From the NCBI RefSeq assembly GCF_018977255.1, contig NW_024704896.1:1-64000 (forward strand): a stretch of DNA of 64,000 nt. The letters are read 5' to 3'. Position 1 is the stretch's first letter; each line of letters starts with the position of its first letter. The notes under the pieces are model-generated. The model did not search any database and was not told the DNA's origin. It saw nothing but the letters and a program-made list of their open reading frames with translations. A program made the position numbers and the translations under genes. The stretch is from Callorhinchus milii (taxonomy: Eukaryota). This document shows, piece after piece, positions 51,279 to 63,820 of the stretch.

Positions 51279-51711
51279 GTAAGTGAGAAATACATCTGCA
51301 AATTTGCAGTTCACATCAATTTTATTCACATGAATTAATAAAATGCTTTATTCGAAGTCATTGCTCCCAAATATATACAACTGAGCCATTTCAACAAACC
51401 ACTTGACCGATTAAAATGTTTCCACTCACCAGTGGTTCGGTAATTAGAGAACCTATTTGTAAGATTAAACAACACGATGGTAGATAATGAGGATTTATTT
51501 GCAATCTGTGAAAGGGAGCTGGAAGCAGATTCGATAATAAATTACAGAAGGGGAATAAATTACAAGGTGATGTGAAAAGCTCGTGGAAGTGGAATTGGTC
51601 GGATCGCTCTTAAGAAAGCTGGCTCAAACAAAATGGGTCGAATTGCCTACTTCTGTGGTTAACGTTTCATAATTCCATGATGATCTGTGACTCTTAATGT
51701 GCCTTCTGCAG

Positions 51712-52013
51712 GATCGAGGTTTACAGTTTCCCAGTCACCGCCTGAACAAACTGCTTTTGCTGGTGAGAGGATACATTTACATTGCCAATATTCAGGATTC
51801 TGGGGACAGGACTTCAGCGTCTCCTGGTACCGTCAGTCCCCTGGCGAGGGACTGAAATACCTGCTCCACAGAAAACCCTCAGGAGAGGGAGGAAACCCCA
51901 CTGGAGATCATATTTCTGCTTCTCTTGACACTGCCAAGAAAATCAGCGTTTTAACCATCGCCGACCTGCGGCTGACAGACTCCGCTATGTACCACTGTGC
52001 ACTCAGTCTGCAC
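51712..52013 (+). CDS. TRDV (NAR-TCR supporting): Leaderless supporting TCR-delta V, cassette 2; intact
   Basis: Acceptor ttctgcag|GA lies 433 nt after the J2 donor in matching phase. SRFTVSQSPPEQTAFAGERIHLHC...SWYRQ...YHCALSLH. RSS CACAGTG (52014) + 23 bp + ACAATAACC. No leader exon is seen between J and V. Confidence 0.9.
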
Positions 52014-53216
52014 CACAGTGATACACATCATAGGAAGCCTCGTACAATAACCCTCATCACAACCAAAGCTGGGAACCAGTACAGTACAGTTAGTGACATA
52101 CAGTGAACAAAACCCTCTCCCAACTGCCATCGTAGCTTTCACCTGATTGAGTTCATATCAAGTCAAATCAAATATGTGATACACTTCTTACTGAATGTTT
52201 CAGACATTTTTCACCGACAGATATTAGATTGTGATAAATGTTCGTTGGCAATTAGACATGTTGATAATAACAGTTATAACAACGCAATAACAAACAGTAT
52301 TATTCTTGCGTTAGATTTTCCGTTTCAGCGCGTTATTGAGACGTCTCAAAGCGCTTTACAGAATATCCTGTAAACTGAATTGACAGTACACTTTGTAGTA
52401 AATATAAAGCAGCCAATGTTTTTGATTGTAAGAGTGAGCTCTTAAAATGATGCGACATACATTTTCACACAGTTTTTTAAGTTGATATGTTGATCTCAGT
52501 GGAGAATTGTACCTCAGTGGTGAGTGAGAGGACTTGGTTCGAATCCCAGGCAGTCGAAAAGTTGGACAAGTTTCTTTACTCAATACTCGCGTCCCTCTTT
52601 TGCTTGCAATAAGCAGGAACGCAGTTGTTGGTCGACTGTCGGATTAATTTCTGGGGTAATGACCCCTGCAAAAATTATTGGCAAATATAATTTTTGCTAC
52701 TCAATCCACGATTATTTGTAACACACTGCTGTGCACTAAAGTTGAAAATATTCAATCATTCCATCAAACGCAATGATTGCAATTACATTACTTGCAGCAG
52801 CTGAAGTCAACATAATCACTGATTTGAAATGGCATTGAATGGACAACTGGAATGTAGAAATATATGGGGTTTGAGGCAGAATTGTGGGTTACTTGACCTA
52901 CGTTAGAACACAAGGTTGATTTTTTGACAATCCAGCATAGAAAATAAATCTTGGAGATGAAGAAACAATAGTCCTTATGTATATTCCGGTATGGAGTATA
53001 ACTTTAAGCTCTTCACATAGTTTGACGGTAAAGTTGAGTTGCTATGTGCTCTGTAGGATAACACGGCAGCACATTTGTGCTGTTAAATACTTTGTGTGTT
53101 AAATTCACTGTTATTGGGCCTGATGTGTAAATATATCCCTCTCACCCCGAAAACAATTTGGGGATTTACCTCAGGCCTCTGCGTGACATTGAATAATATA
53201 TTCTCTCTGGCTATAG

Positions 53217-53510
53217 GGACAGCGAGTGGAGTCAGCGTTGAACCATCACAGATGGAAGTGTCTGCTACCGAAGGACAGACTGCAAACCTGAGCTGCACAT
53301 ACTCTGCTGATTTCACGAATTTTTTTAATGTTCTAGTAGAGTGGGTATCCAGGGGAGCTTCCTCTGTACACGACGAGACATGATTATGATGGGACACTTT
53401 CCGTGCTGAATTTACAACACATGCCAAATCTGTACACGAGAAGGAAGAGATCCACTGTAGTTGTGTTCCCATTGGCTCTATCTGACACCAAACATTATGC
53501 GCCTTCACAC
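53217..53510 (+). pseudogene. TCR V family E pseudogene (second copy)
   Basis: GTASGVSVEPSQMEVSATEGQTANLSC then frameshifts. The leader remnant near 53090-53126 lacks an in-frame ATG, and the heptamer is degenerate. Confidence 0.8.
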
Positions 53511-54759
53511 TTAGAGTGTTACTCTCAGACTACACCACAGCACCTAAACCTTCAAAGAAGAGAGAAGGGGTTAAATCTCAGCACAGATGTTAGTCCTGGC
53601 AGTTGACCTATTTAACAAATTGTGACTTTGCTGCTGTGTCTCTTACACGTGAATAAGTACCAACCACAAGAAAAAAATGATAGATGGTTCATGTATTGAA
53701 AGAGTGAAACAAATATTATTAATCCTTACACTTAATGCAATGCCTTATAACGTCTTCGAGACGTCCGAACGCGCTTCAAAGAACACACTATAAAGTTAAT
53801 TGCCTGCCAATTTGCTAGTAGATACAGTCACTAAACTTTAGGTTATATCACGTGTCATGCTTTGAGATATCCCTCTTTCAAAATGTCTTTGCTCGTTTGG
53901 CAACAGATTTCGGGCCATTTTTCGCAGCGAAGGTTAACTGTGCACACTTCAGTGATATACCGCGTTGTGGTAAATTTTTTTGTGTGAAACATAATTTAAT
54001 CGTGTATCGAATTTCATTGCTAACTCGTTATAAATATCATTCATCACATTTATTTTCCATATTAAACTTTTACAGCTTCTGAATTGATTTCGCAGATTGA
54101 AGTTAATTGGCAAAAGAACCAGATGAGAGACTGACAGACAGTTATTTAATCAATAGACTTGTTATAGTTTAGAATGTACATCCTGATATTGTGGTGGCAA
54201 CAGATTCGATAGTCGCTGTCAAAAGGGAATTGGACTGCAACTTACAACTGAAAATAAAATTGCATGGCGAGCGGGAAATTTGGGGAATGATACTGAATGT
54301 TTAGATCTTTAGTAGAGTAAAAAAAAGTCACAATGGAGCGAATAGCCTCCTTCTGATCTGCTTTAATCCACGATCCTACAGTTCTATGGTTTGAGAAGCA
54401 AAAGAATAATTGATTGCCCAGTGTTTCTGATCACGAGGCCCTTCCGCACTACTCAATTACTACACTAGGAAATTGTACGATCCGTTTCTCAGTCAAGTGA
54501 TGGATCGTTTTATCGGGCGGAACAATTCTTCAAAGAAGAAAACGATAAATTAGTCACTTAATATACACTGTTTCTGGGACACTGCTGTGCGCAATTGGCT
54601 GCCAGTATTTTTTTTCATAAAACAGACATCCAATTCAATTCGCAGTATATTCTGTGAAGTGTTGTAAAACGTCTGGAAGACGTTACATTGCGCTATAACA
54701 AACGCAAGGATTTTTTTTAAATCTGTTCATTTTTTATTTATCTTACACTTGTGTTTCAG

Positions 54760-55040
54760 GTCTGACCCGGGGAGAATCTGTAACTCAGTCGATGCCATCA
54801 GTGACTGAGACAGAAGGAGGACAAGTGACTTTGGAAAGTAATTATTCTACATCACTGAGCGATTATTGTTTACACTGGTACCGACAACGCCCAGAGAAAC
54901 AACCCGACTATATCCTGCGGAGCTGTAGTGGTTACTCCAACCATCTCAGATGAGCTGCAGATCTCAAAAAAATCCAGCAAATTAACTATCTCCCAGTTAG
55001 AGTTGTCTGACTCTGCTTTGTATTCATGTCCATTCAGAGC
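54760..55040 (+). pseudogene. TCR V family D copy 2; pseudogene
   Basis: Paralogue of 43332 (TLESNY...DYCLHWYRQ...ILRSC). An internal deletion causes a frameshift and TGA, the heptamer is CATAGTG, and no leader was found. Confidence 0.85.
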
Positions 55041-56375
55041 CATAGTGATGGAAACCAGTCTCAGCTTCGTACAAAAACTATCCTGGATTTGTGAGGTGGC
55101 GCTGAGGCGAGCAGTCTGTTTTCAGGAAGTCTGGCGTTCACCACAAGTCAATCTGTCTGCTGAAGATTCACACAAATGTGTGAAATATAAACGCAGAGTT
55201 TAAAATAATAAGCGAATTAAATACAACAGGCGAGACTATTTTGGTTCACTCTGGGCTGCAAATGCAACAATAAAAGCAATTTCGACTGTTTTATTTTTGA
55301 CTCTAAGGAAGAAGATGGAATTTAGAAAATAGTCGAAATGCAATTCCCCGACACGCAGAATTTTATAAAGTTTTGTGAGACTCTTTGAAACGTCTCCCGA
55401 CATCAGTGTAATAACCGATTGCGTTTGATTTGACGGCTGATCACATCTTGGATAGATCTTAAAGGTCCCGACAGCCAAATTGCGAACAGATATATCCCAT
55501 ACAGAGCGCGGGAAGTGGATGGGATAAGACTAAGCGAATAAGATGAATTTCTGAAATTTTGCAGCGCACTGGTGAGAGCATTGGTCTCACAGGTCAGAAG
55601 ACTTGTGTTCGATTTCCATACAGGCCGAAACATTGTGCAAATATCCTTAAACTACTCTGTTTACCAAGCAGGTAGAAAGCAGTTAGTTAGTCGATTTGTG
55701 GATCGCTTTCGTTTGATAATAAAACCTTAAATGACTAAAAACAATAATAATGTGGTGCACTCTGAATCCCAGATTGGTCGCCTGCAAAATACAAAGTCAA
55801 CTCATTTGATATTAGTAATCTTTGCATTTGACATGAGATGACTTCCAGACGTCTAATATCGCCTCATCGATTATACGAACAACTGAATTGATTGTAAATT
55901 TTGTGTGTGAAACGCAACAGCCATTTGCACACAGCAGTGACCCACAAAGAGTCGTGTCTTCAATGAATGTATAAATATTACTATGTTGGAGGAAATGTGA
56001 TCCAGGGAAAGCAATACGCCTATTGAATAACAACCGGGTTCCTTCTCACTGCTTTCGAATCAATACGTGAATGAAACACTGCACAATTGCCAGTGGCGCA
56101 ATTCTGTATTGCATTGTGAACTATTACACTGACAAATTGCCCTTTGGGGCTCAGAACAGCTCAACATAATTGTGAGGCGAGGATTTAGTGTGTGGGAGGG
56201 GGGGATTCAGTATCTGTACCGTCACACTGACAGCGGTATGTGTACTCTGTACTCTGAGCCTCAGGTGATATAAGCCACTTGGAACCACAACACATTGTTA
56301 TTACAATCATTGCTTTACTTCAAGTTTGGCATCAAACATCAAGGCAGAGTTGTTGCATAACTCTTTGACCTCTAG

Positions 56376-56776
56376 GGAGCGAAATTGTAAAACACTGTAG
56401 ACTGCAGCGATGGTGAAGAAAGAATGAGTATCTGTCACTTTTGAATGTTCCCATTCCACGACTGAGAGATATTATTATAATCTATAAGATTATACATATT
56501 ATGTATTTAAAATATACATAGATAAGACGTGTAAAGTGCTATACCAAATGCAAGAGCTATTATTATTACGTTATTGTACCGACACTACCGAGACAAAAAG
56601 CCAGACTATACATTGCGAACATAGTCAGATAATAAGCAGAAAAGCAAAGGAAATGGAAATGGTTATCGATTCTCTTCTCAGCTTTTCGCTTCCCAATCTG
56701 TCACCAGATTATCCATCTCTGAGCCGCTGTTATCCAACAGCGCTGTGCATCTCTGTGCTGTCTCTCCCTCTATCCT
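56376..56776 (+). pseudogene. Degenerate family C V segment with a repeat-tail insertion
   Basis: FR3 SQL...SQSVTRLSISE-like sequence. RSS CACAATG (56777) + 23 bp + ACAATAGTT. CDR1 is interrupted at about 56480-56570 by a SINE/L2-like tail. Confidence 0.75.
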
Positions 56777-57850
56777 CACAATGATGGGAACCAGCCACAG
56801 TCTCGTACAATAGTTACCCTGGCATTGTGAGATTGGTCTATCCGTCTGATCAACCCTGTGTGTGTTCAGAGTCAGACTTTGAGTGCAGCGAACTTTATGG
56901 GAATCCGCATTCACCACAAGTCAGTTTGCTGTCGCTCCATAACACTATGGGTCACAACCAATTCAGAGAATAAAAGGAAGCGTTAGCTAGAAAAGTCACC
57001 GTTTCAGTTCATTAAGTGTTGTCTGCAAAGGAAAACATCCAAACACATTTGGAGTATTGTACGTTTGGCAATAAGAAAGAAGACGGAATGCAGTACAGAC
57101 ATAAAATACAGTCCCCGCACATGACAGTATATCCTGTGAAGCGTTTTATGTCGTTTCGCGCAGTCCCGTCGCCTCGCCCCATCCCCTGCCACCTTCAAGA
57201 CCCATCACAACACCCTCCTCTTCGTCCGAGCTATCGATTTCCTGTTTCTCCCATGGGTTCTCCCACCACCCTCCAACCTGCCCGAACCCGACCCCCAGCT
57301 CGGAAACGTAACTCTGTCTAAGACGTCCTCGGGTCATGAAAGGCGCTCAACAAATGCAATGTGGTTCTTGTTGTTGTTTTCCGACATGCAGCAATGTCCC
57401 ATAAGCATGATTGGATTGAGTCATGAAATTATTATCATTTTTATCATTTTTCAAGCAATAATTACTCCCCAGAAAAGCGATCAGCCAACCAGGTAACTAT
57501 CTAATGACTGCCGGGTAAACAGATGCATGTGGAGTAAGTAAACTTGTCTGATGTTGCGCACTGCCTGGGAATCGAACCCGGGTCTCTCGCTTGCCAGGCA
57601 AACTTGCCAAGACATAAGCTGCTGGACACCACACGGCAGTACACGCCCAGCATTGCACGAGAGCGACATTTTAGAAAATAGAGCTCCAAAATCCGGAGGT
57701 GGGGCCTATCACCACAATCTTCTGACGCCAAGAAGTTGCTCATCGGTGCTGTGTTGAATATTGGTTCCACCTCTGTTTTGAAAGCCATTTGAGAAAACAT
57801 CCCATTATCTCTAAAGCTCCTATCAAATCATTTACGAGACACTTGGGTAG

Positions 57851-58300
57851 ATGGAGAGGATGCAATTTGCGCTGTTCAATTCATTTTTGTTGGGCTTGAT
57901 GTGTAAGTCATTCTCTCCCACCCTTAAAATCATTTGAGGATTTTTCCTCTGGCCTTTGCGTGAATTTTAATAACGTGTTCTCTCCGGCTATAGGGACAGT
58001 GAATGGAGTCAGTGTTCAACCATCACAGATGGAAGTGTCTGTTCCTGAAGGCCAGACTGCAACACTGAGCTGCAACTACTCAGCTGATTTCAGCAATGTT
58101 TTTATGTATTGGTACCGTCAGTATCCAGGAGAGCCTCCTCTGTACACACGGAGACACGACTATGATGGGGAAACTTTCAGCGCTGAATTTGCAAAACAAC
58201 GTTTCAGCACTACACTGGACACCAACACGAAGAGATCCTCTGTAACTGTGCTCTCCGTGGCTCTGTCGGACACTGCTACATATTACTGTGCCATCACACG
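57851..58300 (+). CDS. TRAV/TRDV: TCR alpha/delta V segment, family E; intact copy
   Basis: Leader 57851-57902 (T|GTAAGT). V exon 57994-58300 with LSC, YWYRQ and YYCAIT. RSS CACAGTG (58301) + 23 bp + ACATAAACC. Confidence 0.9.
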
Positions 58301-58718
58301 CACAGTGTTTCTTTCAGACTACAACGCTGTACATAAACCTCCAAAGAGGAGAGAAACGGTTTCATCTCAGCACAGATGTCAATCCTGACAGTTGACCTAT
58401 TTGACAAATTGTGACTTTGCTGCTGTGTCTCTCAGAGGAAACACGCGGCTGATTTCCAACCAAAAGCAACAATTGACGGAGTCGTTCATGTTCGGAAAAT
58501 GGGAGTTAAATAATAATAATCTTTAGTTTAGATACAGGAATTCCTGTCACAATTAACTTGTGAAAGCCGCTGTATAAAAACAACTGGTTGTTGTATTGAA
58601 ACGCGGCTGAGATGCCAATGAGATGACGTTAGACTGTGGCTCCGCCAAAACCGACAATCACTGCGGGTTATCAGCAAACTGATGCCACAGACACAACCAC
58701 ACAGACTGAAGAGCAGCA

Positions 58719-59728
58719 ATGAGGCTGTTTGCTGTCTGTCTGGTGCTGGGAACCTTCATGTCAGGTGAGGTCGTGTTGAGCTGATTCCGTATTGCTGCTG
58801 ATTGTGAGCTCCATTACAACAACATTTGTTGTAGGGAAGTCTGCAGCTCAGTAGTTACAGCACTCGACTCTCAAGTGAGAGGACGTGGGTTCGATTCCCG
58901 GACAGGACACGACGAAACCTTTGTCAATTTTTGATACTCCACTCACAAGCCTGTGGTCATCTATTAACAAGAACGACACTGCTTCCTTCATTACCCTTTG
59001 AACACAATGTGCTAATAATAACTTCCAGTTGGTGATAATTTATCAAACCTTTTTACTGAATTGGCGGACCGCTTTACCGCGGATAATAATCGCCTCACAG
59101 AATTAAAAAATAAAATATGACAAACCAGTCCACGTCTAATTGTGGGACACTACTGTGCGCAATGGTTGCTGCTGTTCGCCAATAAAAATACACAGCAATT
59201 TACATTACAGTATATTGTGTGCAGCGCTTTCAGAATTCCCAAAAATGTGATAATCCGATATGTTAAATACAGCGATTATTACAGTTACTTTATTACAATT
59301 GAAGTCTACATGGAATCTTTCTCATCAGGATAACGACACAAGGCGCTGAGAAATTAATTCAGGCAATTTTTTAATAATATAATGTCGTTATCTTCCATGT
59401 TTATTGCAGAACTCTGCCGTGGGGATCCTGTCAGTCAGAAAGGTGCCGTGATGTTTAAGAAAGTGGGAGGAAACGTGACTTTTGAACGTACCTATTCCAC
59501 GACTGAAAGCGACTACTATCTCTTCTGGTACCGACATTACCCAGACAAACAGCCACAATTTATAGTGGGAAGATATTCACGTTACGAAGAGGAAAGGAAA
59601 GGAGATGGAATTGGAAATCGTTTCACTTCTCAGCTTGACGCTTCCCAATCTGTCACCAGATTATCCATCTTTGAGCTGCTGGTGTCTGACAGCGCTGTGT
59701 ATCACTTTGCTGTCTCTCCCTATAACCC
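58719..59728 (+). pseudogene. TRDV: Family C V copy 3; open ORF but both canonical cysteines substituted
   Basis: Leader 58719-58764 and V exon 59410-59728. C23 is CGT (FERTY) and C104 is TTT (YHFAV). RSS CACAGTG (59729) + 23 bp + ACAATAACT is intact. Confidence 0.75.
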
Positions 59729-61820
59729 CACAGTGATGGGAACCAACCACAGTCTCGTACAATAACTACACTGGCATTCTGAGCTTGGTCTGGCTATCTG
59801 ATCAACCCTGTGCGTGTTCAGACTCAATCGTTGCGTGCAGCGAGCTTCAGGGGAAGCCACATCTACCACAATTCAGTCTGTTTGCCGAAGATCCACATAA
59901 TTATGTGTCACAGTAACTGCTGAGAGTCAAGTTGACAGGCAGTTAGCTGCAGCAGTCCACGCTTCTGTTAATTAACTGTGCTCTGTAAATGCAGCAATAC
60001 CAACACATTCCGAAAATTTGAGAGGTCCTCCGGCATGGAAGGTGCTACATAAATCCAAGTTGTTTCTGTTGTCGTTTTTAAATGTTGTCTGTTTGACTGA
60101 AAGGAAGAAGAGGGAATTCCATATCATTGATGGGGTGGATGGGTTGGGTGTTTTGGAGGGTGTGAGAGCTTGTGGTAAGAGCTGGGCAGGTTGGGAACTG
60201 TAGACGGTGATCTGGGTGGAGTTGGTGCTAGCTGCAGTGGTGGGTAGCTGGGGAACTTCCTGGGAAAAAGGAGGAAAGACGTTGGGAAGCGGTGGTTGAA
60301 GAGGTGGTTGCTCACATGGAGTGTGTTTATCAGAGAGGAATACCGATGGTGCACGGCTTCGTGTGTGCTCTCAATGGGTTCCCGGGTAAATCTAAACCAA
60401 TTTGCATGTTTCACCAATAAACTCACCCGAGACAACACAGACACTGACATTCTTCTGAAACACCATTAGATGCCGCCATAAACAATAAAATAATACTCAC
60501 TTTTATACAGCGGATTACACATCGGGAGCACTCCTCATAAGCACTTAGCAGTGTAAGAAATGCGGAGTCCTGTAGATTAATGAGTAGAGCAAGACAGAGG
60601 ACATGGGCCGTGCAGTTTTGGATTCCCAGGTAAGATTCTTGTCTCTATACACGCCTTCGTTTACCTAACAGTAAGTTGGAACATACTTGTCAGTCCATTG
60701 GCAGATCGCTTACCGGGGGGTCAATAATCCAAATATATTATTTTATTTAAAAAGTCCGTAAATGCATAAGTAAAATATGAATTTCGCCCCTCAATCCACT
60801 ACTCACTGTGGGACACTGCTATGCACAATTATCCGATTCAATTTACCAACAATATGTAAAGTCAATCAACTATTCAATATAATTTGTGAAGAGTTTTGAG
60901 TCATGATATCGATCAATATATTATGCAAGCGTTAGCATGTTTATCAGCTAAAAACTGGCTTCAATGATAAAACTATTACCTTTCTATCCCATACAGCGAC
61001 AAAATGCTTGGCCCTCCATGTCCATCGTTCAAGAAGGGAAATAATCGCAAACTTCTGATAACACCGGTAATCAGATTCTCTTTACACCCTCTAAATCAGG
61101 TCAATGTTCAAGGACAGTGACGTTTGCGAAAACAATTAATTATAATAACACTCCTTGCATTTTATACAACGCCTCATCGCGTCATCCATACCGGCACAAA
61201 GCGCTTCACATAATATATAGTGAAGCGTAGTGACTGTATGTTTGGTGGGCAAAACGCGCCAAACATTTGGTGCCTTTCGCCTACAAAACGCGGCGTCCCA
61301 CACACAGTCATGGATTAAGCAACCAAATTGTTATTATGATGATGCTGCGATTTTTGCCCATGTCAAGCGAATCAACATTTAACCACCAAGCGGGTTCCCA
61401 CTTACTGCAAGACAAACAGAGGTGTGTGTGTGTGAGTGTGTGTGTATGTGTGTGTATATATGTGTGTGTTGAGAAAGGAAATGTTCCTAAGATTTCAAAG
61501 AAAGACAGTCAGACAGACAGACAGATTGGACGAGCCACAGATAAATAATAAGCCTTCGATTTCAAACTGTACCTTATTATGTCGTTGAGGAGCTCCATCA
61601 CGCAGACTTTGTCCCATTTCCAGTGTCAGTTTATAGATTTCCTCTCATTGGCTCCACGTCAGTTGTCCATTCATTCTTAATTGAGTGGTCAAAATTCAAC
61701 AAAAAAGCCTCGTCTTCCGAATTCTGCTCTCAGTCTCCAACGCTCTTACAGAACAGCTCTGTGTTACTCACAGTCACTCTGAGCTGTCCGGGGCTGACGG
61801 TATCTCTCAGCGGTGAGAGA

Positions 61821-62547
61821 ATGTCTCTCCTCTGTATCTCCATCTCCTTCCTCTTCTTACAATGTAAGTGTTTGTTTCCATAACACAGCACTACACAGCA
61901 CCAGTGAATATCATCGTAACAATGTGCGATATAATAATTATAGTAATGATCCTTGCATTGATATATTGCTTTATCACTTCGATGAGACGTTTTAAGGTTC
62001 TTCTCGGAATATATTGTGAAGTGAAATAACTATGTTGTTTGTGGCGGGAATTAGACAGGGAATTGGTATTAATTATATGCTGATAATTATATTATATATT
62101 AAATTATTTATATGAATTGATATCATAATGAAATTGTACATCGTGATTATATTATGTTAATTGATATCAATCAAAATCAAGCCAAAGCTTGGGATGTAAA
62201 TGTTATAGAAGCGGTCAGCATTGCAGACATTTGTGACTGATGTTATGTTGTGTATAATTTTCACATGTTTTCAGTGCCTCAGTAAAGCAGACCCCATCCT
62301 CTCTTAGGAAAGAAGAATGCGAGGCTTTGACCATCAGCTGTGTCTTCGAAGAAAGGTACAATTATAATTTCATGAACATGGAATTTTTTATGCAATTTGG
62401 AAAGGGGGCAAACTGGAATCCCATCCCAAGTGAACGAAGGTTTGTTGTGAAGACAGACACGGGATCGAAGTCGTCTTCTCTGGAAATTAATGATTTGAAA
62501 GTTGAAGACAGCGCTGACTACAGATGGACAGCTCGATACTTGTATAA
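61821..62547 (+). pseudogene. NAR-TCR V: NAR-TCR V segment, cassette 3; defective
   Basis: Leader 61821-61863 is intact. The acceptor reads ttttcac|AT instead of ttttcag|AT, and the second Cys is TGG (DYRWTAR). RSS CACAATG (62548) + 22 bp + ACAAATAAC. Confidence 0.87.
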
Positions 62548-62910
62548 CACAATGCTGTATTTGGGCTTCCGACAATACAAATAACCCCTTCACCAACTCA
62601 CAGGAAAATCACAGAGAATGTGAACTCCTCAATGTTTCAATACACATTCCTCACTGGTATGTGATGCACAATGATGTGTAATAGCACTTCCTTCAGGAAA
62701 CGACTATTGTTTACGAATACTTAGGAAAAGTGAGTGAGTATGAATCTGACGTAATAGCTTTTCTTGGATTCATGTAACTAGCAATTTATTGCAAATACAG
62801 ACAGCATACAAAGACCTGCATGGACAATATACTAAAGAACTTTACACTCATGTCACTGATTGATCATTTTTAAATGGCAGGAAACATTTTAATTGTTTCT
62901 TCAAACAATT

Positions 62911-62981
62911 GCTTTTTGTGCTGACGGTGAAACAATGTGTTGGCTGGGGAAGGCACACTGGAAAACATCAGCACAAATACC
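62911..62981 (+). other. NAR-TCR D segment 3 (62940-62953, ttggctggggaagg) with 13/12 RSS
   Basis: GCTTTTTGT-13-CAATGTG [D] CACACTG-12-ACAAATACC. Confidence 0.88.
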
Positions 62982-63294
62982 TTACAGGTATTTACTTGTA
63001 AATGCATCGGGCGTGTCACTGATAATGGTGTCCTATTCTGCGTTGTTCAATGTGTCGAAATTTTGCTTTCGAATTATATTACTTCTAGCAGATGTTTGCT
63101 GGAGCTTTATAGAAAAATGTTCTTATTGCCGTGCACTTTGTCTGTGTTTGGGTGGAAATAATATCGAAATTAAACATGATTTGGAAGCACAAAATATTGG
63201 AAGATGGGACAGTGTTGGAGTGATAGCAATTAATGACCAATTTGAAATCAAATGATGTTATTGGTGACTGCATTACACCATGAACTGATTGCAC

Positions 63295-63387
63295 AGTTTT
63301 TGCACCTTGTAGATTGAGAGCCGTGTGACTGTGGTTATAAAGAATATACCGAAGATGGATCACCAACCAAAGTAACCGTAACGAAAA
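63295..63387 (+). other. NAR-TCR J segment 3 (63334-63387) with 23-RSS and splice donor
   Basis: AGTTTTTGC-23-GACTGTG, coding YKEYTEDGSPTKVTVTK, donor GTAAGT. Confidence 0.88.
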
Positions 63388-63820
63388 GTAAGTGAGAAAT
63401 ACATCTGCAAATTTGCAGTTCACATCAATTTTATTCACATGAATAAGTAAAATGCTTTATTCGAAGTCATTGCTCCCAAATATATACAACTGAGCCATTT
63501 CAACAAACCACTTGACCGATTAAAATGTTTCCACTCGCCAGTGGTTCGGTAATTAGAGAACCTATTTGTACGATGAAACAACACGAGGGTAGATAATGAG
63601 GATTTATTTGCAATCTGTGAAAGGGAGCTGGAAGCAGATTCGATAATAAATTTCAGAAGGGGAATAAATTACAAGGTGATGTGAAAAGCACGTGGGAGTG
63701 GAATTGTTTGGACAGCTCTTCAGAAAGCTGGCTCAAACAAAATGGGTCGAATTGCCTACTTCTGTGGTTAACATTTCATAATTCCATGATGATATGTGAC
63801 TTTTAATGTGCCTTCTGTAG

